A stretch of 64,000 nt of DNA from an uncultured Burkholderiaceae bacterium (lineage in GTDB: Bacteria > Pseudomonadota > Gammaproteobacteria > Burkholderiales > Burkholderiaceae_D): positions 1,541 through 65,540 of the forward strand of contig CAZCIX010000004.1 of the NCBI GenBank assembly GCA_964498835.1, read 5' to 3'. Below, piece after piece: positions 44,232 through 51,033 of this stretch. The number at the start of each line of letters is the position of its first letter. Position 1 is the stretch's first letter. A program made the translations under genes and the position numbers. The notes under the pieces were generated by a model. That model did not search any database, had not been told where the DNA came from, and saw nothing but the letters and a program-made list of their open reading frames with translations.

Positions 44232-45566
44232 ATGCATCGTCCATCCAAAAATTCTCCCAAAAAAATATCTTCAGATAGCCAGCGCCTGATTGCTTTTGCA
44301 CAAGCCATCGTACAAGCCTCCAGCAGGATGGAAGAACGCACCTGGGAACAAGGTTTGGATAAATTGCTGCAAAAATTACTCAAAAATTCTCATCAAGATG
44401 CAATAGATGCTGCGCTGGGCTATCTTTTTCAGGAAGAGTTAACTGCTTACGAGGTTTTAATCACATCACTAGAAGCAACCAGTACATCTTGCAGCATCAC
44501 GCGAGAAGAAAATGGGGAAAAGGTGGAATACAAAGCGCTACTCATCGCCGTTCCCATTTTAGCCTGGACACGCTTCTCGATTGCGTCCGGGCCTCTTTCG
44601 GCAGATACGATGGCGGTACTCAGTAGCGATTTATCTGAGCACCTATTGGCGCCTCACACCCAACTTGCTATCGCACCCACTTTGTTTGCCATTGATCAAT
44701 TGCCACGCACTCCAGCCGAGGTGTTCACTTTTACGCAACGTTTGGCGCAAACAGCATTGAACAATGTACCATTCAAAACGCCTGCACAAACAACGGAAAC
44801 GGCACCTTTTCTAGCTGACATTCGCTATGTAATTGCCATTGTTGCTGCACCTGCCCAAGCCCCCTTGTTTCGCTGGCAAACCAATACCAATTTGCTGCAT
44901 TTGAACAAAGATCGTGCTGCCGCTCTGCAACAATGGCGGACACAAGTGACGCCACATATCACAGGTATTTTGCCCGGTTGTGGTCTTGAATTGCTACTAC
45001 CCGACGCCTACTTCGCTGCTTGTCGCGAGGCTGACAAGCAAATTCGCCCGCTTTCTATCCATGCTGCTGTTAATTACTTAACCCAAGCCTTGCAAGTCGA
45101 TCCATCCAAACTCCATGCAATCATCGGCAGTTTTGGCGAAGAAAATTCAGAAGGTCAAATCGACGAATATCGCATCAGTTTCACCGTTCACGATAACCCT
45201 GATGTCGTGTATGGAATAGTCTGGCCACTCTATGAATTAGAAAATGGTGACAATGACGACAATGACATGCGCATCATCAATGACTTAAACGACATAAATG
45301 AGAATAACAACGTCACACAAGACTTGATGCAAACAACGAGCTTGACACAAACTAACAATGCCACCAGCACCCATAAAACACCGTTACAGGAAATCCTGAT
45401 CCTATTACGCAAAGCAGGAATCATCCACATCGTGCATCACAATGAACGCTTTTTCACCGAATATTGCGATGACTGTGGTGTACCTTTGTTCCTGGATAAA
45501 GAAGCAGAGCTGGTTCATGCCGAAATGCCAGAAGAGTCCTATCCTGGCAATGAGCATTTTCATTGA
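44232..45566 (+). CDS. Conserved hypothetical protein (possibly DUF2863 family) with an Asn/Asp-rich insert
   Basis: A 444-aa ORF from Met13 of the track ORF, with no catalytic motif recognised. The C-terminal YCDDCGVPLF is reminiscent of DUF2863 proteins of Burkholderiales; this is from memory and unverified. Confidence 0.55.
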   Translation: MHRPSKNSPKKISSDSQRLIAFAQAIVQASSRMEERTWEQGLDKLLQKLLKNSHQDAIDAALGYLFQEELTAYEVLITSLEATSTSCSITREENGEKVEYKALLIAVPILAWTRFSIASGPLSADTMAVLSSDLSEHLLAPHTQLAIAPTLFAIDQLPRTPAEVFTFTQRLAQTALNNVPFKTPAQTTETAPFLADIRYVIAIVAAPAQAPLFRWQTNTNLLHLNKDRAAALQQWRTQVTPHITGILPGCGLELLLPDAYFAACREADKQIRPLSIHAAVNYLTQALQVDPSKLHAIIGSFGEENSEGQIDEYRISFTVHDNPDVVYGIVWPLYELENGDNDDNDMRIINDLNDINENNNVTQDLMQTTSLTQTNNATSTHKTPLQEILILLRKAGIIHIVHHNERFFTEYCDDCGVPLFLDKEAELVHAEMPEESYPGNEHFH

Positions 45567-45570
45567 CGAC

Positions 45571-47154
45571 TCAGGATTTGGTTTTAGTGGACGAAACGAC
45601 CAAATCAAACAAAGCAAATAATTCTTTTTCCAAAGCGCGGGTAAATCCCTTCACATCACACAAAGAGGATGCCCGCATAAGAGACCTCAAATCACGACGC
45701 AAGGTTTGCAGATATGCCACATCGTTCGCCAGCTTGACTGCAATTCGTACATAATCATCCTCATCACGCGCCGCCAGCTCAGGCAAACCAATCGCAGATA
45801 AAAACGCCAATGTCTGCCGACTCACCACCCGGCTTTGTGGCCACGTCACCACTGGGACACCCATCCACAATGCCTCGCAACTAGTCAACCCACCGGTAAA
45901 TGGAAAAGAATCCAGCGCAATATCAACATCGGCGTATTCCTTCAATACCTGACCGTGGAATGACGCGCCGCGCAAGATGATGCGCTCCGCCTCAATCCCC
46001 GCCGCGACAAAAAAGTCGCGCACAGATTGCGAAAAAGCCGGGTCCTGCAAAGTACGCCATTTCAATATCAACCGAGAATTCGGCACCGCCGCCAATATCC
46101 GTGCCCAAGTTGCATACACGCCAACATGCAACTTGGCAGTGTTATTAAAGCAGCCAAAAGTAATACAACCCTGCTGCAAACAAGGCAAAGGTGCCACTTC
46201 AGCTGGCGCAAAAGGCGCAGGCGTATAGCAAAAACGCCCGCCCCGCAATCGGATAATCGGCTCAACAAACTGCGCCTCAGTCCCCGCTGGCGCATGCCAC
46301 TCATCCAACAACACCGCGTCGATGACCGACAAACCAGTGCTGGCAAAATACCCCAACCAACTCACTTGCACTGGTGCTGGCCGATGAGCAAACACACTTA
46401 AACGCGAACCGGCGGTATGGCCAGACAAATCAACCAGCACATCAATCTGATCTTGCTGTATCAACGCCGCCAGCGCCGCATCATCCAATGCAGCCACATC
46501 GCGCCATACACAGCTAGCACGAATGGCATCGCTAATCCAATCACGCACCCGACCGGCGCTATAAGCAAAAACCTGCACCCGCTCAACATCATGCGCAGCG
46601 AGTACATCTTTAATAAACCACCCAACCGTATGCTGACAAAAATCTGCCGACACATAGCCTATCCGCAACAAGCGCCCCGACAATGGCAGCAAAGCAGGCC
46701 GGGCACGCATCCCACCCGCTTTCTCTATCGCCCACTTCCCCCAAGCCTGCGCCCGCTGCAAACGTTCAGCATCCGACGCTGCGGGGTCATATTCCAAACT
46801 CAACAACGCATTGCGCCGTATCACAGGATGATCCGGCAAGCGCGCCAGCAATGCTTCATCAATCCGCCGCGCAGCCTCATGCCGCCCCGCATCACGCGCC
46901 ACATTCGCCAAATTAAGCAATGGCCGCACATCATTCGGCAGCAATTCACGAACACGTGCAAAACACGGATGCGCAATCGATAAAAAACCAAACGCAAGCA
47001 ACAAAGAACCAATACTCAACAGCGCTTCAGGATCTTCGTTGTGGGTACTCATCATTTGCTGACAATGCAGCAAGAAGTCATCAAAACGGCCTTGGCCGGC
47101 TAGTTGGCGTGCTTGGGTTAGGGATGAGGATGCGTGCATTAGTGTGTGAATCAA
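45571..47154 (-). CDS. TPR-repeat protein fused to a GT41 (SPINDLY/O-GlcNAc-transferase-like) glycosyltransferase domain
   Basis: 527 aa with N-terminal TPR-like helices. The C-terminal part has the GT41 hallmark HTAGSRLSVFAHRPAPVQVSWLGYFASTG and FGCFNNTAKL. A 100-nt sample is ~62% GC. The track start is TTG 47154; the first ATG is at 47139. Confidence 0.8.
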   Translation of the reverse strand: MIHTLMHASSSLTQARQLAGQGRFDDFLLHCQQMMSTHNEDPEALLSIGSLLLAFGFLSIAHPCFARVRELLPNDVRPLLNLANVARDAGRHEAARRIDEALLARLPDHPVIRRNALLSLEYDPAASDAERLQRAQAWGKWAIEKAGGMRARPALLPLSGRLLRIGYVSADFCQHTVGWFIKDVLAAHDVERVQVFAYSAGRVRDWISDAIRASCVWRDVAALDDAALAALIQQDQIDVLVDLSGHTAGSRLSVFAHRPAPVQVSWLGYFASTGLSVIDAVLLDEWHAPAGTEAQFVEPIIRLRGGRFCYTPAPFAPAEVAPLPCLQQGCITFGCFNNTAKLHVGVYATWARILAAVPNSRLILKWRTLQDPAFSQSVRDFFVAAGIEAERIILRGASFHGQVLKEYADVDIALDSFPFTGGLTSCEALWMGVPVVTWPQSRVVSRQTLAFLSAIGLPELAARDEDDYVRIAVKLANDVAYLQTLRRDLRSLMRASSLCDVKGFTRALEKELFALFDLVVSSTKTKS

Positions 47155-47162
47155 CGTAAGTT

Positions 47163-47459
47163 CTACGCATGCGCAAACGAATGCACTTTGATAAGGCGCT
47201 CACCAACGCTTACCTCTGCGGTTTTTAAATCGTAAGAAGCTTGCAAACTAAGCCAGTATTGCGGTGATTGATCAAAAGCACGGCCAAATAACAAAGCCAG
47301 CTCCGCAGTCACAGGACGCGTCCCTTTAATCACATGCGAAATCCGCATTGCCGATATACCAATCGCTCGAGCGAATTCAGCTTGAGAAATGCACATTTCT
47401 TCCAAGATTTCTCCCAAAAACTCGCCAGGATGAATTGCAGATAAGCCATTTTTTGGCAT
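47163..47459 (-). CDS. higA: HigA-family XRE-type HTH antitoxin
   Basis: Met32 of the track ORF has an AGGAG RBS. The 98-aa protein reads MPKNGLSAIHPGEFLGEILEE...ISQAEFARAIGIS..RISHVIKGTRPVTAELALLFGRAF..SPQYWLSLQASYDL, which is the classical HigA signature. Confidence 0.85.
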   Translation of the reverse strand: MPKNGLSAIHPGEFLGEILEEMCISQAEFARAIGISAMRISHVIKGTRPVTAELALLFGRAFDQSPQYWLSLQASYDLKTAEVSVGERLIKVHSFAHA

Positions 47460-47470
47460 ATTTTTCTCCT

Positions 47471-47836
47471 TCATTTTTGATCTTCGGCATCCTGGCGCAC
47501 CGCTGACAATTGTTCGAGCAATGCCGGTAGCCATTTTTGTATCGTCTCCCACACCACGTCGAGGTCGATGTCGAAATAGCCATGAGCCATGCGATTACGC
47601 ATGTTACGCATGCTGCGCCACGGCACTTCGGCATGCGTCTGCGTAAACTCGGCATAGCCGTCCATTATTTTCGTAGCTGCTTCGCCGATGATGATGAGAC
47701 TCATGATGACTGCCTGTTGAGTACGCTTATCAACCAAAAAATCATCCTTGGCCAACCCTTCCACGAAAATACGCGCATCAGTCGCAGCCTGCTGTATGTG
47801 GTCAAGATAATCGGGCAATCGGTGATTCTCGCTCAT
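47471..47836 (-). CDS. hepT: HepT (DUF86) HEPN-domain toxin
   Basis: 121 aa with the Rx4H HEPN motif RNRMAHGY near the C-terminus. The start overlaps the mntA stop (ATGA). Confidence 0.9.
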   Translation of the reverse strand: MSENHRLPDYLDHIQQAATDARIFVEGLAKDDFLVDKRTQQAVIMSLIIIGEAATKIMDGYAEFTQTHAEVPWRSMRNMRNRMAHGYFDIDLDVVWETIQKWLPALLEQLSAVRQDAEDQK

Positions 47837-48123
47837 ACCGGTTGCGCCTCCGCGAGCACCTTGGCCCGAAACTTCAAAGGCAAGTCACCGGGGGTCAGTA
47901 AATCAACATTGATGCCGAGTAGCGATTTCAGCTCTTCTTCCAAATCGCCCAAATCCAGCAACGTGGCACCAGGTAACGCATCGACCAACAAATCAAGGTC
48001 GCTACCATCCTGGTCAGTGCCATGCAGTACCGATCCAAAAACGCGAGGATTCGCCGTGCGAAAACGGCCTACCGCTTCACGCACTGCAATTCGCTTCATA
48101 TCAAGCACAACGGAAGGTCGCAT
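47833..48123 (-). CDS. mntA: MntA minimal nucleotidyltransferase antitoxin
   Basis: 96 aa with the GSx10DxD motif (GSVLHGTDQDGSDLDLLVD). A GAAAGGA RBS is present. Confidence 0.9.
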   Translation of the reverse strand: MRPSVVLDMKRIAVREAVGRFRTANPRVFGSVLHGTDQDGSDLDLLVDALPGATLLDLGDLEEELKSLLGINVDLLTPGDLPLKFRAKVLAEAQPV

Positions 48124-48233
48124 GGTTATCCTTTCTTATCGAAATTTGTTGAAGTGGTAAACGATAGGTAAGCCATATTTTAAACGAGGCATTATCAAAG
48201 CCTCACACCCAGATTGTTCATACTCAATTGTAC

Positions 48234-49514
48234 TTACTCCTCCCCCAAATCCACCGACTCCCCACCCAACAACAACTGCGCCATATCAGAAGGCAACGCT
48301 TCCACTGATTTCAGTTTGCGCACCATTTGACGGCTGCGCACCTCGGCACTGTCGATGTTTTTGGCGGCGCGTTCTAGGGTCATTTTGGTGGCGGCTAGGA
48401 CTTCGCCGAATTTGCCGAATTCGGTTTTGACTGCACCCAGCACTTGCCATACTTCAGAAGAGCGTTGCTCCAATGCCAACGTGCGGAAGCCCATTTGTAG
48501 GCTGTTTAATAAAGCAGACAGAGTTGACGGTCCGGCGATACTGATGCGTTGGGTGCGTTGCAATTCATCGGCTAAACCAGGGCGACGCATGACTTCGGCG
48601 TATAAGCCTTCGGTAGGTAAAAACAAAATGGCAAAGTCGGTGGTCAATGGTGGGGAGAGATATTTGCTGGCAATTTTCTTGGCTTCCAAACGCACGGCAC
48701 GTTCCAATTCACGACCTGCTGCAGCGACGGCTTCAGCATCGGCGTGATCGGCAGCTTCGAGCAGGCGTTCGTATTGCTCACGTGGGAACTTGGCATCAAT
48801 CGGCATCCAGACTGGTGCGTCATTATTTTTGTTGCTATTGCCGGGCAATTTGATGGCGAATTCCACCCGTTCGCCTGAACCAGGGATGGTTTCTACGTTT
48901 TTACTGTATTGCTCAGGCGTCAAGACTTGTTCCAATAGCATTTCCAACTGTACTTCGCCCCAAGTACCGCGCGTTTTGACGTTGCTTAATACGCGTTTTA
49001 AATCGCCGACGCCGATGGCTAATTGCTGCATTTCACCCAAGCCTTGATGTACTTTTTCCAGTCGATCTGACACCAGTTTGAACGAGGCGCTCAAGCGTTG
49101 TTCCAGCGTGGCATGTAGTTTTTCATCCACCGTTTTACGCATTTCTTCCAACCTGATGCCATTATCGGTTTGCAAATCCCTGATTTTGGTTTCCAGCGTG
49201 GTGCGTATTTCACTCATGCGCTGGGCGTTGGATTCCGTCAGCGCATGCAAAGTTTGGTTCAAGGTATCGCCAAAGCGCTTCAAACTCAGAGATTGCTCCT
49301 CCCGCCCGCTGTGCGATTGCTGCGTGATGGTAAGGCGGATATTGTCCAATTGCTGCTGCATGTTTTGCTGTAATTGCAGCAATAAAGGCGCCATATCCGG
49401 CACATCCACTTCTTTCTGCGCTCGGCTACGCATCAAACTCGTGATTTGCAAAACTAGAACCACTACCAAAACAATGGCGATAGAAAGCATCATAAAAAAT
49501 TCAATTTGGCTCAT
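48234..49514 (-). CDS. rmuC: DNA recombination protein RmuC
   Basis: It has an N-terminal TM helix, a long coiled coil and a C-terminal RmuC nuclease-like domain (FAILFLPTEGLYAE). The start is taken at Met18 (MSQIEFFMML...); the track ORF extends to 49565. Confidence 0.9.
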   Translation of the reverse strand: MSQIEFFMMLSIAIVLVVVLVLQITSLMRSRAQKEVDVPDMAPLLLQLQQNMQQQLDNIRLTITQQSHSGREEQSLSLKRFGDTLNQTLHALTESNAQRMSEIRTTLETKIRDLQTDNGIRLEEMRKTVDEKLHATLEQRLSASFKLVSDRLEKVHQGLGEMQQLAIGVGDLKRVLSNVKTRGTWGEVQLEMLLEQVLTPEQYSKNVETIPGSGERVEFAIKLPGNSNKNNDAPVWMPIDAKFPREQYERLLEAADHADAEAVAAAGRELERAVRLEAKKIASKYLSPPLTTDFAILFLPTEGLYAEVMRRPGLADELQRTQRISIAGPSTLSALLNSLQMGFRTLALEQRSSEVWQVLGAVKTEFGKFGEVLAATKMTLERAAKNIDSAEVRSRQMVRKLKSVEALPSDMAQLLLGGESVDLGEE

Positions 49515-49569
49515 GATTAATCCAGATTTCCGATTAGCATCCATCGTTTCCGCAGGGGTAAGCAAGAAT

Positions 49570-49630
49570 CCAGTGTCTTTCGTTGTTTACGACTAAAAGA
49601 CACTGGGTCCCCGACTAAAGCACTCGGGGA
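49570..49630. repeat. Two adjacent hairpins between greB and rmuC that share a CGACTAAA(A)G(A)CACT core
   Basis: The first is ccagtgtcttt-N15-aaagacactgg (11-bp arms). It is immediately followed by gtccccga-N9-tcggggac (8-bp arms). Confidence 0.55.
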
Positions 49631-49706
49631 CGACGGTTTTGAGAGGGGAGTATAAATTAATTAACTTCAATCAAAAGTTGGGGATAGAACAAATAGGACA
49701 GATAAG

Positions 49707-50270
49707 TCATGCAGGATAACGAACATCAAGAATATCCAATTCCTCTATCCCAGCAGGAGTTTTTAAGGTGACCGTATCGCCTACCCGTGCTTTGATTAAC
49801 GCTCTTGCCACTGGTGAAATCCAGCTGATCAACCCATGCAAAGGATCCAGTTCATCAATCCCTACGATGGTGACAGTGCGCTCTTCCCCTGAACCATCGG
49901 CATACGTCACTTGCGCGCCAAAGAAAATCTGATCGCTACCGACATGCACACCAGGATCCACCACTTCCGCCAAATCCATGCGTTTGGTCAAAAAACGGAT
50001 GCGCTTGTCGATTTCACGCAAACGCCGTTTGCCGTAAATGTAATCGCCATTTTCCGACCGATCACCATTCGAAGCCGCCCACGACACAATGCGCACCACT
50101 TCCGGCCTGGCTTCATCAATCAATTGCAGCAATTCATCCTTGATGCGCTGATAGCCTTGTGGCCGGATATAGTTTTTCATCCCGGCCGGGATTTGTAGAG
50201 CGGCTGGTTCATCGTCATCGTCATCGTGATCGTTGCCAGCGTTGGTTGGGTGCATAGAGGTCGTATTCAT
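49707..50270 (-). CDS. greB: Transcription elongation factor GreB
   Basis: The Gre coiled-coil and FKBP-like domains are present (WAASNGDRSENGDYIYGKRRLREID). A 30-aa acidic N-terminal extension may or may not be translated; an alternative ATG lies at 50180. Confidence 0.88.
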   Translation of the reverse strand: MNTTSMHPTNAGNDHDDDDDEPAALQIPAGMKNYIRPQGYQRIKDELLQLIDEARPEVVRIVSWAASNGDRSENGDYIYGKRRLREIDKRIRFLTKRMDLAEVVDPGVHVGSDQIFFGAQVTYADGSGEERTVTIVGIDELDPLHGLISWISPVARALIKARVGDTVTLKTPAGIEELDILDVRYPA

Positions 50271-50373
50271 AGCCGATCATTTTAATATGGGTTCGTCGGA
50301 AATCATTTTGCATCCCTTGGAATAACATTTTCAACACATTACAATGGGAAAGAGTTTCAACAAGGAGTCAAAC

Positions 50374-50604
50374 ATGGATCAATTAAATCGTATTACGCAA
50401 CAACCTGATGTAATGGGCGGCAAAGCGTGTATTCGTGGAATGCGCGTCACAGTCGGGATGATTTTGGGGCAAATCGGCACCGGGCAAAGCGTAGACGAAA
50501 TTCTACTGGACTACCCCTATTTAGAGCGTGAAGACATCATGCAAGCACTGCGCTACGCCTCATGGAGAGCCGAAGAACGCGAGGTCGTATTGGCCACAGC
50601 ATGA
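50374..50604 (+). CDS. DUF433 domain protein (putative antitoxin)
   Basis: Met11 of the track ORF has an AGGAG RBS 7 nt upstream. The 76-aa protein contains PDVMGGKACIRGMRVTV...DEILLDYPYLEREDIMQALRYA, typical of DUF433. Confidence 0.85.
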   Translation: MDQLNRITQQPDVMGGKACIRGMRVTVGMILGQIGTGQSVDEILLDYPYLEREDIMQALRYASWRAEEREVVLATA

Positions 50605-50975
50605 AGTTACTGCTTGATATGAACCTATCACCGCGCTGGGTAGGCACTCTGACAAACGCCGGTTTTGAGGCAGCACACTGGTCCATGCTTGGTGCAAAAA
50701 ACGCACCTGATTCTGAAATCATGATTTATGCCAAGGAAAATAATTATGTGGTTCTTACGCATGATTTAGATTTCAGTGCAATCCTCGCCGCTACGCATGG
50801 TGAAAAACCCAGCGTCGTACAAATCCGCTCAGATGACGTCAATCCAGACGTAATTGGTCAACAAACTATTATCGCCTTGCGACAAATGGAATCCGAACTC
50901 GCAGAAGGTGCGTTGCTCACCATTGACCAAAGCCGTACACGCTTACGTGTGCTTCCGTTGAGACCAAAAGAATAG
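50601..50975 (+). CDS. DUF5615 (PIN-like / Mut7-C-like) protein (putative toxin)
   Basis: The start overlaps the DUF433 stop (ATGA). The 124-aa protein reads MKLLLDMNLSP...DSEIMIYAKENNYVVLTHDLDF, typical of DUF5615. Confidence 0.8.
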   Translation: MKLLLDMNLSPRWVGTLTNAGFEAAHWSMLGAKNAPDSEIMIYAKENNYVVLTHDLDFSAILAATHGEKPSVVQIRSDDVNPDVIGQQTIIALRQMESELAEGALLTIDQSRTRLRVLPLRPKE

Positions 50976-51033
50976 TGATCTAACTTGTCATCCCCCCACC
51001 TCGCCTTACCCCAAACCACTGATTTACATTCGC

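Noticed and set aside
46417-46983. Several 60-190-aa ORFs on the plus strand within the GT41 gene (45977-46228, 46027-46401, 46417-46983, 46683-46916, 46920-47159), plus a 207-aa ORF at 47537-48160 antisense to hepT/mntA.
   Set aside because: Stop-codon-poor opposite strands are expected in a ~55-60% GC insert. The sense-strand products carry clear GT41, HEPN and NTase motifs, whereas the antisense translations are Arg/Pro/His-rich nonsense.
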